DNA of 64,000 bases from Dehalococcoidia bacterium (lineage in GTDB: Bacteria > Chloroflexota > Dehalococcoidia > Lucifugimonadales > UBA3495): contig OY760687.1 in the NCBI GenBank assembly GCA_963663945.1, positions 468,555-532,554 on the forward strand, read 5' to 3'. A model generated the notes under the pieces. That model saw only the letters and a program-made list of their open reading frames with translations, was not told the DNA's origin and did no database searches. A program made the translations under genes and the position numbers. Shown piece after piece: positions 46,581-55,324 of the stretch. Numbering within the stretch: position 1 is the first letter of the stretch; every line of letters starts with the position of its first letter.

Positions 46581-47159
46581 TCAGTCTGACGTTTCGTTGG
46601 GCGCTGGGGACTGTACAGGCTTCACGCCGTATTTGGCCAGTATGGCATCGACGAATGGCTTGAGAACCTGCTCGGCCCGGTCGATGCGAATGGCCACGGC
46701 TGACGCCGGAGTAAGGTCGTCATCCTTACCATAGTGGACAATGACATCCTCGGCGATTTCCTCGCCGACCTGGCTGGCATGTCCGTTCTCGATGCGCAGA
46801 ATTTGCCCCTTCGTGTCGTATTCTACGGACGCGGGAGGCGTCTGGTAGCGCGCGCATTGGTTATGGCAAGGTCTATCGTCATTCTGGTTTGTTGCTGTCA
46901 AACGTGTGGGCTTCACGCCGTATTTGACCAGTACAGCGTCCACGAAGGGCTTGAGCACGATCTCAGCCGGCTCAATGCAAAGCGCGACGGCTGACGCTTC
47001 ATCATGCTTGCCATAATAGACCAGAACACCGTCCGCCATTTCTTCCGCATCTTCCCGCAACTGACCGTTTTCGGTATACAGCGTTTCAGTTTCGGCGACG
47101 TAAACAACCGTCGGCTTTGGCGGAGCCTCCAGTTCGAAGCGCTTTACTTTGCGAGCCAT
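46581..47159 (-). CDS. hypothetical protein made of two tandem ~85-aa repeats (DUF2283-like fold suspected)
   Basis: 192 aa. Half 1 reads ..ADGVLVYYGKHDEASAVALCIEPAEIVLKPFVDAVLVKYGVKP. Half 2 reads ..AEDVIVHYGKDDDLTPASAVAIRIDRAEQVLKPFVDAILAKYGVKP. The DNA halves at ~46617 and ~46910 align at ~293-nt spacing. Confidence 0.6.
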   Translation of the reverse strand: MARKVKRFELEAPPKPTVVYVAETETLYTENGQLREDAEEMADGVLVYYGKHDEASAVALCIEPAEIVLKPFVDAVLVKYGVKPTRLTATNQNDDRPCHNQCARYQTPPASVEYDTKGQILRIENGHASQVGEEIAEDVIVHYGKDDDLTPASAVAIRIDRAEQVLKPFVDAILAKYGVKPVQSPAPNETSD

Positions 47160-47194
47160 GCGAACCTAGTTTGAGGCCTTGTGCGCACCCACTT

Positions 47195-47287
47195 TGTCAT
47201 TGCGAGGAGCATAGCGACGCGGCGATCTCGTTGACGAAGCTACGTTGGCCACCCCGACGGGATTGCCGCGCCTCGCTCGCAATGACA
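47195..47287. repeat. REP/MITE-like imperfect palindromic element ('tgtcattgcgagg...cctcgctcgcaatgaca')
   Basis: The terminal 12 nt are perfect reverse complements, and the inner arms pair with gaps. It lies directly 3' of the minus-strand LLM gene. It shares the 'gtcattgcg' terminus with the element at 2940..3004. Confidence 0.5.
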
Positions 47288-47302
47288 ATGCGTCTAGGGC
47301 AG

Positions 47303-48394
47303 TTATGCCGCCGCGCCGGTCAGATCGGCCACCTGTGGCATGACTTTGTTGGCCAACAGGCGAGTGGAGTGTTCCCAGGCGGCGTTGTTCTCCGACTGGT
47401 CATAGACCAGCATCAGCAGGCCGCCGAATCCGCCCACGTCGCCGTACAGCCGATGGATCTTCTCGGCGACCGTGTCCGGGGACCCGATCAGCCAGAGGTG
47501 CTCGGCCATGTACTCGATGTTGACCGCTTCGTCGGGGACCTCGTCGTCATGCTTGAAGACCTTCATCAGGTCGAACTCGCGGAACAGAGGCAGCAGGTAA
47601 TCGTGCCAGACGCGGCCCAACATGCCGTTGAGCGCCAGATCGCGGGCTTCCTCGTCGGTGTCGGCGACGTAGACGTCGCGAACCAGGCGCCAGTCGGCGC
47701 GCGAGGGGGTGCGGCCGGTTCGCTGGGCTCCCTCTTCGATGGCTTCCCAATGGCTGCGGCAGTAATCGTTGTTGAGGGCCAGGCTCATGGGGATGAAGCC
47801 GCGCTCGCCGGCGATCATCAGCGTCGGGGACTTGTAGCTGACCGAGGCCACGCCGATTGGCGGGTGCGGCTGCTGGTAGGGTCGCAGGAAGAATTCGAGG
47901 GTGCCGTACATGGGCTCGGGGATGCTGACGTTCCAGTACTTGCCCTTGTACTCGAAGGGCCCGTCGTTCTCCCAGATTTTCAGGATGATGTCCAGCGACT
48001 CCCGGGTCATGTCCCGGTGCTCGCCGTTGTTGCCGTCGACGTCAAACAGCGCCCAGTCGCTGGGAAGGCCGCTGGCGCCCACGCCGAACAGGAAGCGACC
48101 CTGGGAGATGTGGTCGAGGTAGGCAACGCGATGGGCCAGTTCGGCGGGATGGTGGAAGGGCAGCAGGTGGGCTCCCGAGCCCAGCTTGATGCGCTTGGTC
48201 TTCATCAGCGCTTGGGCGATCAGCAGGTCTGGCGCAGGAATGGGCTCCCAGGGCGAGGTGAAGTGCTCGCCGATCCAGGCTTCGTCGAAGCCCAGTTCGT
48301 CGCAGAGCGCCAGGTAATTCAGGTCCCACTGGTGGGCGTCGTAGATGTTACGTTCCGGCGGATGCGACGGCATCATGAACAATCCGTACTTCAT
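47303..48394 (-). CDS. LLM-class flavin-dependent oxidoreductase, paralog 3
   Basis: 363 aa: MKYGLFMMPSH.., ..GFDEAWIGEHFTSPWE.., ..SQGRFLFGVGASG.. Confidence 0.85.
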   Translation of the reverse strand: MKYGLFMMPSHPPERNIYDAHQWDLNYLALCDELGFDEAWIGEHFTSPWEPIPAPDLLIAQALMKTKRIKLGSGAHLLPFHHPAELAHRVAYLDHISQGRFLFGVGASGLPSDWALFDVDGNNGEHRDMTRESLDIILKIWENDGPFEYKGKYWNVSIPEPMYGTLEFFLRPYQQPHPPIGVASVSYKSPTLMIAGERGFIPMSLALNNDYCRSHWEAIEEGAQRTGRTPSRADWRLVRDVYVADTDEEARDLALNGMLGRVWHDYLLPLFREFDLMKVFKHDDEVPDEAVNIEYMAEHLWLIGSPDTVAEKIHRLYGDVGGFGGLLMLVYDQSENNAAWEHSTRLLANKVMPQVADLTGAAA

Positions 48395-48530
48395 GGCTCC
48401 TCCCTAGAACAGGGTGCGCCCGGCGGCTGCGCCGGCCTCAGGCTGTAGTGATTGGCGTACCATAGCACAATTCGGGCGGGATTTGCGTCCGTGCTATAGT
48501 GGCCCATCCAGACATGGCAAGGAGGCCAAT

Positions 48531-48962
48531 TTGACCACAGCACAAACGGGTAACAGAGTAAGGGTTCACTACACGGGCCGCCTGGACGATGGGGAAGTTT
48601 TCGACTCATCGGACGGCGGCACACCAATGGCCTTCACCATCGGAGGCGGCCAGGTGATACCGGGGTTCGAGAACGGTGTCGTGGGGATGGCCGTCGGCGA
48701 TACTAAAACCGTCCGGATCCCGTGCGCCGACGCCTACGGTGAGCATCATGCCGACGGCGTCATGCAGGTGCCGCGGGGCGAATTCCCTCCGGAGATGCCC
48801 CTGGAAGTCGGAACCAGTGTGCAGGGTCAGCAGGAGAGCGGGCAGGTGGTCAACTTCACCATCATGGCGGTCTCCGACGAGGCGGTCACCCTGGACGCCA
48901 ATCACCCCCTGGCCGGCAAGGACCTGACCTTTGACCTGACGCTGGTGTCGATAGAGGGTTAG
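48531..48962 (+). CDS. FKBP-type peptidyl-prolyl cis-trans isomerase (SlyD-like, with IF insert)
   Basis: TTG start 48531, in frame with the track ORF, 5 nt after AAGGAGG (48519..48525). ..VRVHYTGRLDDGEVFDSS..FTIGGGQVIPGFENGVVGM.. ..LDANHPLAGKDLTFDLTLVSI. Confidence 0.75.
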   Translation: MTTAQTGNRVRVHYTGRLDDGEVFDSSDGGTPMAFTIGGGQVIPGFENGVVGMAVGDTKTVRIPCADAYGEHHADGVMQVPRGEFPPEMPLEVGTSVQGQQESGQVVNFTIMAVSDEAVTLDANHPLAGKDLTFDLTLVSIEG

Positions 48963-48984
48963 TCTCGCCAAACGCCGGAGGACA

Positions 48985-49800
48985 TTACACCCGCACCTGC
49001 TGCGCCAGTGTCTGGTAGGTGACCGGCGACGTGGCCACCAGGCCGGCGTCCACGGGAAGAATGACGCCGTTGATCCAGCGGGCCTCGTCGCTGGCGAGGA
49101 ACAGGGCCGCGTTGCCGATGTCCCAGGCCGTGCCCTCGGTGCGCAGGGGGGCCGAAGAGCTACGTACCTGGCGAAGGTCGTCGTCCATGCGGGGCGCGAC
49201 CATGGGCGTGTAGACCAGGCCGGGGGCGATGCAGTTGGTGCGGATGCCGTCGGGCCCGTGGTCGGCGGCCATGGAAATGGTCAGGCCGATCACCGCCGCC
49301 TTGGACGCCGTGTAGGGCGTGCTGCTGTGGGCGCGCAGGCCGGCGATGGACGAGATGTTGATGATGGAGCCGCCGCCGGCCTCGATCATTCTCGGTACGG
49401 CGAACTTGCTGGCCATGACGATGGTTTTGACGTTCACCGCCATGATGAAGTCCCAATCTTCTTCCGAGACCTCAACCACCGTGCCGCGGCGGGAGATGCC
49501 CACGTTGTTGTCCAGGATGTCCAGCCGGCCGTAGCGTTCGATGCAGGTTTCGACCATGCGCTCGCAGTCGGCGGCCCTGGTGACGTCGGCCTGCACGGTG
49601 GAGGCCACACCGCCCTCGGCCTGGATCATCTCCATGGTCTCCGCGGCCCGCTCCTCGGTGATATCGACCAGCAGGACCTTGGCTCCCTCCCGGGCGAACA
49701 GCGTGGCGGTGGCGCGGCCGTTGCCGACGCCTGGCCCGCTTGAACCGGCGCCGGTCACGATTGCCACCTTTCCTTCCAGTCGCGGGCTGCGTTCAGGCAC
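48985..49800 (-). CDS. SDR-family oxidoreductase
   Basis: 271 aa with KVAIVTGAGSSGPGVGNG.. and the catalytic YTASKAAV. Confidence 0.85.
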   Translation of the reverse strand: MPERSPRLEGKVAIVTGAGSSGPGVGNGRATATLFAREGAKVLLVDITEERAAETMEMIQAEGGVASTVQADVTRAADCERMVETCIERYGRLDILDNNVGISRRGTVVEVSEEDWDFIMAVNVKTIVMASKFAVPRMIEAGGGSIINISSIAGLRAHSSTPYTASKAAVIGLTISMAADHGPDGIRTNCIAPGLVYTPMVAPRMDDDLRQVRSSSAPLRTEGTAWDIGNAALFLASDEARWINGVILPVDAGLVATSPVTYQTLAQQVRV

Positions 49801-49827
49801 TGTCGAATCCTCCGTGATGGGCCGCCA

Positions 49828-51384
49828 TCATTCGGCGATGGGGCGCGAAATTATCCACAAACTCGCGCAAGTGTAGCACACCATCAGCACCAGCATGGGT
49901 ACCTGGCTGAGCAGTGCGGCGCGCCGGGTCGAATAGATCCGCGTCGCCTGGACATGGGCCAGGTAGACGCCGGCGATGTGGCCCACCACGATGGCGAGGA
50001 TCGAGAAGTACCAGATGAAAACGGGCGACAGGATGCCAATATTGATGATGGCGTCCGCCGTGCCGAAGAGGTCCCAGCCCCAGCCGAAGGGGTCCGATGC
50101 CAACACGATGAACCGCTGGCCGTTGATGAGCAGGAACCCAAGGAAGTGGGCGAAGTGGTAGGCCAGCGCGATGGGCAGCAGCGAAAACGTGAACCGGCGC
50201 AGCAACTGTCCGGCGTCGGGTTCGGATTGACCGGAAAGCGCGGCCATGGCCGCGCAGGTGGCGACGAACAGCAACCCGAAGACCACGGGCAATCCCAGCA
50301 CGCCGATCAGGTTGGCGATGTAGCCACCGTAGCGCGGGAACTGCAGCAGGAACTGGCCGGTGAACACCAGCCATTCCGGCGTCGCCGACAGGCCGTCGAA
50401 GGAAACGGTGGACAGCAGCAGGATGACGTGAAATACCACGGTGAGGGTCACGACCCCGAGGCGGTTCAGGCCGACGCAGGGCGGGCGCAGGTTGAACTGG
50501 CGCTGTGGTGGCGAGGCCGCGGCGTAGCACTCGTAGCAGTCGACACAGTCGGTTTCGCCAGCCGAGCATCGGCCGTCGCTGGAGCATCGCCGGCATCGCG
50601 ACGTTGGCGATCGCACCTCGGTCACCGAGAAACGGGACATGAAGCCGTAAACCACCGTGAACCCCTCGGCGTTGCGCAGCCAGACCTCGCGACCGTACAC
50701 GTACATCCCCACGAAGTTGTACAGCGTGTAGAGCACGAGTATCCGGCCCAGCGCCCGGGGCCCGGCGGTATCGGCGGCCACGGTTTCCAGGATGGCGAAT
50801 CCCACGAATACCAGCACTGCCGGCCATGGTCCGATCCTCGCGGGGTAGCGACGATGCAGGCTCAACCGGCCTCCGCCAGACACGACCGCGAACGCCATCT
50901 CAAGAAATCCCCACGCCGCTTTCCACGGATTGACCAGCGCCCAGAGGTTGCCGAAAAGCGCGGTGAAGAAACTCAGTCCCACCCAGAAGGCGACGTAAAT
51001 CGCCGCCGGCGCCGGATTGAGCGCGGCGCGTTCGTTGCCGATCAGACCCCCGACGATCACATAAACGGTCAACGCGACCGACAGGGTTTTCAGCGTGGCT
51101 GTGACTGGTGGCGATGCCAGCCAGCGCACGGGCGGCAGGCGCAGCAGGTTGTAACGGGGATAGTAGGTGTGGGTCGCGCCGGCCCGCAGGAACACCGCAG
51201 CCACGACGAAGGACAACGCAACCGCGACTGCGCCGGCGATCACGAACAGGGAAAGGGGCAACGGAAGGTCGTACCGCTCACCGAATCCGTGAGCGCGGGC
51301 GGCTACCGGAAACGCCGCGACGAGAGCCGCGACCAACGCGGCCGCGCCCAGAGTCAAGAGGATTCCAGTCGCGCGGCGGTTCAT
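49828..51384 (-). CDS. polytopic membrane protein with a Cys-rich (CxxC-x5-C-x6-CxxCxxC) loop, unknown function
   Basis: Start set at ATG 51384 (MNRRATGILLTLGAAALVAALVAAFPVAARAHGFGERYDLPLPL..), which overlaps the upstream stop (ATGA). At least 10 hydrophobic helices. The loop reads ..RCRRCSSDGRCSAGETDCVDCYECY.. Conserved-looking His pairs occur in ..AYHFAHF.. and ..VVGHIAGVYLAH.. Confidence 0.65.
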   Translation of the reverse strand: MNRRATGILLTLGAAALVAALVAAFPVAARAHGFGERYDLPLPLSLFVIAGAVAVALSFVVAAVFLRAGATHTYYPRYNLLRLPPVRWLASPPVTATLKTLSVALTVYVIVGGLIGNERAALNPAPAAIYVAFWVGLSFFTALFGNLWALVNPWKAAWGFLEMAFAVVSGGGRLSLHRRYPARIGPWPAVLVFVGFAILETVAADTAGPRALGRILVLYTLYNFVGMYVYGREVWLRNAEGFTVVYGFMSRFSVTEVRSPTSRCRRCSSDGRCSAGETDCVDCYECYAAASPPQRQFNLRPPCVGLNRLGVVTLTVVFHVILLLSTVSFDGLSATPEWLVFTGQFLLQFPRYGGYIANLIGVLGLPVVFGLLFVATCAAMAALSGQSEPDAGQLLRRFTFSLLPIALAYHFAHFLGFLLINGQRFIVLASDPFGWGWDLFGTADAIINIGILSPVFIWYFSILAIVVGHIAGVYLAHVQATRIYSTRRAALLSQVPMLVLMVCYTCASLWIISRPIAE

Positions 51385-51947
51385 CAGGCCCCGGAAGAGC
51401 GCCGGCGCAGGGTGAGCCACGTCCACGCTCCCACGGCGATGATCACGATCAGCGTCGCGGTGATCCAGATCCACTGGATACTGGCGCCGGGTTCACCCAC
51501 GTCCAGTGGGAGCACGAACGTTTCCTCGCCGCGTTCCGACTCGACCGTTACGGACACATCCCACGGGCCCGTGGTTGCGAAGGGTACGTCCACTTCGAAA
51601 TAACGTAGCGTCTGCTCGTTCAGCACCTGCCGGGGACCGAATCCTGTAGAGCCAGGAGGCCCGGACGTGACCACGGTCATGCGCACTTCGGTGTCGCGCA
51701 GCGGACGGGGATCTGCGACGTCAAATACCTGGATGGCCAGGTGAGTCTGGGGGATCACCGGCCGCGCGGGGATGATGCCCACCACCATGCGGTAGGGCCC
51801 CTGGGTGCGGTCCATGATGATGGTGGACGCGCCGTTGGCCTCGGCGGTGTCTACCGCCCACGGGCTCGCTGCAAAAGCTGTGATCACCGCTGCCACAGCG
51901 GCGGCGGCAAACGCCATGAACAACCCTGGCGACATGGTCCGAAACAA
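51384..51947 (-). CDS. secreted protein with a C-terminal TM anchor (Ig-like/YtkA-FixH-like suspected), unknown function
   Basis: 187 aa. N-terminal signal (LFMAFAAAAVAAVITAFAASPWAV), a beta-rich middle and a C-terminal helix (IWITATLIVIIAVGAWTWLTL RRR). Confidence 0.6.
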   Translation of the reverse strand: MFRTMSPGLFMAFAAAAVAAVITAFAASPWAVDTAEANGASTIIMDRTQGPYRMVVGIIPARPVIPQTHLAIQVFDVADPRPLRDTEVRMTVVTSGPPGSTGFGPRQVLNEQTLRYFEVDVPFATTGPWDVSVTVESERGEETFVLPLDVGEPGASIQWIWITATLIVIIAVGAWTWLTLRRRSSGA

Positions 51948-52119
51948 CGCTTTCCCTGCTTATCCGAGGGCAAAAATATGCCGCAACACAATAGCACGGG
52001 GTTGCGAGTAGCATCAACAGAAAGCGGCCGTTGCCATCGCTATAATGCCAGTACGCCGAATAACCCCAATGCACCGACGAACGCCTCATTGGGCGCGTCG
52101 TCGATTTCAGGAGAATGGT

Positions 52120-52902
52120 ATGCCCTTCGCAGGATTGGACTTGACCGGACGAAAAGCGCTGGTGACTGGCGCCGCACGCGGAATTGGGGCGACGCTGGCG
52201 GTGGGGCTGGCGCAGGCCGGCGCCGACGTGGCCGTCACCGACATGGCATCCGACGAATCATGGGAAGGGTTGTCAAATGTGGTGATGCAAATCCGCAACG
52301 AGGGTCAGGTCGGGCTGGCCGGCGACCTGGACGTGCAGGACGTTGCTGAAATCCGCCCGACGATCCGCCGCATAGCGGATGACCTGGGCGGGCTGGACAT
52401 CCTGGTCAACAACGCTGGCATCCGCCGTCGCGCACCCGCCCTGGAGGTCACCGAGGAGGACTGGGACGCGGTGATGGACACCAACCTGAAAGGGGCGTTT
52501 TTCTGCTCCCAGGCCGCCGCGAGGCTCATGATACCCAACGAATTCGGCCGCATCATCAACGTCGCCTCGCAGATGGCCCTGGTCGGAGCGGTTAACCGCG
52601 CCGCCTACTGCGCCAGCAAGGGCGGGCTGGCGAACCTGACCCGCGTCCTGGCCCTGGAATGGGCGCAGCACGGCATCACCGTCAATGCCATCGGCCCCGG
52701 GCCGACCACCACGCCGGGCCTGCTGGAAGCGGATGACCGGGACGCCGACGAGGTGCGAGCCGAGCTTGCGATCAAGATGCCCCTGGGCCGGCGCATGGAC
52801 CCGGAGGAACTGGTGGGCGCCGCGATCTACCTGGCCAGCGATTCCGCCGGCGCCACCACCGGCCACCTGCTGGTCGTCGATGGCGGATGGACGGCGTTGT
52901 AG
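52120..52902 (+). CDS. SDR-family oxidoreductase
   Basis: Start at ATG 52120 (MPFAGLDLTGRKALVTGAARGIGATLA..). Catalytic YCASKGGL. Confidence 0.85.
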   Translation: MPFAGLDLTGRKALVTGAARGIGATLAVGLAQAGADVAVTDMASDESWEGLSNVVMQIRNEGQVGLAGDLDVQDVAEIRPTIRRIADDLGGLDILVNNAGIRRRAPALEVTEEDWDAVMDTNLKGAFFCSQAAARLMIPNEFGRIINVASQMALVGAVNRAAYCASKGGLANLTRVLALEWAQHGITVNAIGPGPTTTPGLLEADDRDADEVRAELAIKMPLGRRMDPEELVGAAIYLASDSAGATTGHLLVVDGGWTAL

Positions 52903-52938
52903 AATTGACAGGACGCGGACGAACACGTCCAAAGGACT

Positions 52939-54075
52939 TTGGCCATGAAATTCGGGATGTTCTATGAGTTGCAGATGCCCCGTCCGTGGACGGACACCGC
53001 GGAGTACGACACGCTGTGGAACGCGGTGAAGCAGGTGCAGTACGCTGAGGAGATGGGGTTCGAACGGGTGTGGCTGGTGGAGCATCACTTTCTCACCGAG
53101 TTCGCCCACTCGTCGGCGCCGGAGGTCACGCTGGCCGTGATGGCCCAGCACGCGAAGAAAATGCGGCTTGGCTTTGGCGTGGTGCTGGCGCCGGTGCACC
53201 ATCCTCTGCACGTTGCAGCCCGCGCATCGACACTGGACATCCTGAGCGACGGCCGCGTGGACGTGGGTGTGGGTCGCACCAAGGGGCCGTATCAACTCAC
53301 TCCCTTCGGCACGGACGTGGCCCAGACCCAGAGCATGATGGTGGAGACGCTGGAGTGCCTGCCCCGCATGTGGTGTGACGAGGTCTTCAGCCACGACGGC
53401 GAGAACTGGCAGATCCCACCCCGAGAGGTGATTCCCAAGCCCTTGCAGCAACCCCATCCTCCCCTGTGGATGGCGTGCACCCAGGAGGACACCTTCCGCC
53501 TGGCCGGCCAGCTGGGCGTGGGCTGCCTGGTGAACACCCTGGGCGGCACGGACAAGACGCGCGGGCTGGTGAACGCCTACTACGAGGCCATTGAGAACCC
53601 CACGCCCGTCGGGCGATTCGTCAACCGCCAGGTGGTGGCCTCCACCATCGGGTTCTGCGACGAGGACGATGCCAAGGCACGGCAGAAGGGCGCCGAGGTC
53701 GCGGCATGGTACCTGGAGCAGAGTCGTCAGCGGTTCGTGCTGGAGTGGGCTGGCGTCGATGCCGATGCGGTGCCTGACGAGTACCGGTTCTACGTCCAGG
53801 GCGGCGCGGTGCGCGGAGGCGGGCCGTCCCGTCCGTCGGAGGACCCGCAGCAGCAGAAGCCACCGACCCCGGAGGAATTGCTGGCCGGCGGCGGATATTG
53901 CGTCGGCGATCCCGACGCCTGCATCCGAGTGATTGAGGAATTCGAGGCCATGGGCGTGGACGAGATCATGCCCATCTTCCAGGCCGGTTACGCCACCCAC
54001 GAAGAGGTGATGAACTCCATACGCCTCTTCGGCGAATACGTGATACCCCATTTCCGAGCCAAAGAGGGCCGATAG
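52939..54075 (+). CDS. LLM-class flavin-dependent oxidoreductase, paralog 4
   Basis: 378 aa: MAMKFGMFYEL.., ..GFERVWLVEHHFLTEF.., ..SDGRVDVGVGR.. Confidence 0.85.
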   Translation: MAMKFGMFYELQMPRPWTDTAEYDTLWNAVKQVQYAEEMGFERVWLVEHHFLTEFAHSSAPEVTLAVMAQHAKKMRLGFGVVLAPVHHPLHVAARASTLDILSDGRVDVGVGRTKGPYQLTPFGTDVAQTQSMMVETLECLPRMWCDEVFSHDGENWQIPPREVIPKPLQQPHPPLWMACTQEDTFRLAGQLGVGCLVNTLGGTDKTRGLVNAYYEAIENPTPVGRFVNRQVVASTIGFCDEDDAKARQKGAEVAAWYLEQSRQRFVLEWAGVDADAVPDEYRFYVQGGAVRGGGPSRPSEDPQQQKPPTPEELLAGGGYCVGDPDACIRVIEEFEAMGVDEIMPIFQAGYATHEEVMNSIRLFGEYVIPHFRAKEGR

Positions 54076-54091
54076 CGCCCGGGAGATTTCG

Positions 54092-55231
54092 ATGACTACT
54101 GTTGAGCAGTTGGGTACGTCCGCACAGCCGGCCGGAGTCCGCCGAACGGGTACACCGGTGGTGTCGGTGGTGGCCACCACGCCGGAGACAGTGCTGGAGG
54201 ATGTGGAGCGGGCCATGCGGCTGGCCGGCGCGGAGGCGGTGCTCTCGCCGGAGCGGGGAACGCTGCTGAAGATAAACATCTCGTGGCAGCACTGGTATCC
54301 CGGATGCTCGACGGCACCCTGGCAACTGGAAGGAGCGATCCGCGGGCTGCAGAACATGGGTCATCGGGATCTCATCGCCGCGCACAACGGCACTGTCGTC
54401 GTCGATTCCTTCGAGGGCGAGGTTAACAACAAGCACAAACCGGTGCAGGATAAGTACAACCTGCGCACGGTTCACCTGGACACTCCGCCGGAGCCTTGGG
54501 TCCGGTACGAGCCCAAAGCCGACATGCTGGTGCTGGACGACATCTACCCCGAGGGCATCGAAATACCCGAAATCTTTGCCGGCAAGAACATCGTCCACCT
54601 GCCCACCATGAAGACCCACGTCTTCACCACCATGACCGGCGCCATGAAGAACGCCTTCGGCGGCCTGCTGCACCGCAAGCGCCACTGGACCCACTCGGTG
54701 ATCCACGAGACGCTGGTGGACCTGCTGGCCATTCAGCAGGAGATTCACCCCGGCATCTTCGCGGTAACTGACGGCACCTTCGCCGGCGACGGGCCCGGCC
54801 CCCGCGCCATGCGATGGCATATCAAGAACCGTATCGTCGCCGGCGCCGACCAGGTGGCGGTGGACGCCGTGGTCGCGTCCATGATGGGCTTCGACCCGCT
54901 GTCGTTGCGGTTCATCCGCCTGGCCCACGAGCGCGGCCTGGGAGTGGGCGACATGCGCGACATCGAGGTGGTCGGCGACGAGCCGGACATCAGCCGCGTC
55001 AACTGGAAATTCGCCGACAACGAGAACACCTTCGCCAGCCGCGGCCAGAAGATGATCTACTGGGGTCCCCTCAAGCCCCTGGAGAACGCCCTGCTCCGCT
55101 CCCCCATCGCCGCCTGGGCCTACACCGCCAGCAACATCTACCACAACGGCTACTGGCTCAACACGATAGGCAAGGGCCGGGTGCGCAAGGCGCTGAAGAC
55201 GGAGTGGGGCAGGTTGTGGCAAGGTTATTGA
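54092..55231 (+). CDS. DUF362-domain protein
   Basis: 379 aa with ..LLKINISWQHWYPGCSTAPWQLEG.. and ..HLPTMKTHVFTTMTGAMKNAFGGL.., typical DUF362 blocks. Confidence 0.75.
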   Translation: MTTVEQLGTSAQPAGVRRTGTPVVSVVATTPETVLEDVERAMRLAGAEAVLSPERGTLLKINISWQHWYPGCSTAPWQLEGAIRGLQNMGHRDLIAAHNGTVVVDSFEGEVNNKHKPVQDKYNLRTVHLDTPPEPWVRYEPKADMLVLDDIYPEGIEIPEIFAGKNIVHLPTMKTHVFTTMTGAMKNAFGGLLHRKRHWTHSVIHETLVDLLAIQQEIHPGIFAVTDGTFAGDGPGPRAMRWHIKNRIVAGADQVAVDAVVASMMGFDPLSLRFIRLAHERGLGVGDMRDIEVVGDEPDISRVNWKFADNENTFASRGQKMIYWGPLKPLENALLRSPIAAWAYTASNIYHNGYWLNTIGKGRVRKALKTEWGRLWQGY

Positions 55232-55324
55232 CGGTTGATTGCTGCCCCATTAGGATTCTCCGTAAATATTAATGTCCGATCTGCTTGGTCAGAACTATCC
55301 AAAGCTCGGTGAAGGCGAACTAAA

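Noticed and set aside
49954-51603. 549-aa plus-strand ORF
   Set aside because: Antisense to the membrane-protein pair. It is highly charged and R/G/E/Q-rich, and has none of the hydrophobic periodicity seen on the opposite strand.
52273-55222. 694-aa (52273..54357) and 418-aa (53966..55222) minus-strand ORFs
   Set aside because: Antisense to the SDR, LLM and DUF362 genes, which carry clear motifs. The translations are R/H/G/A-rich with no domains.
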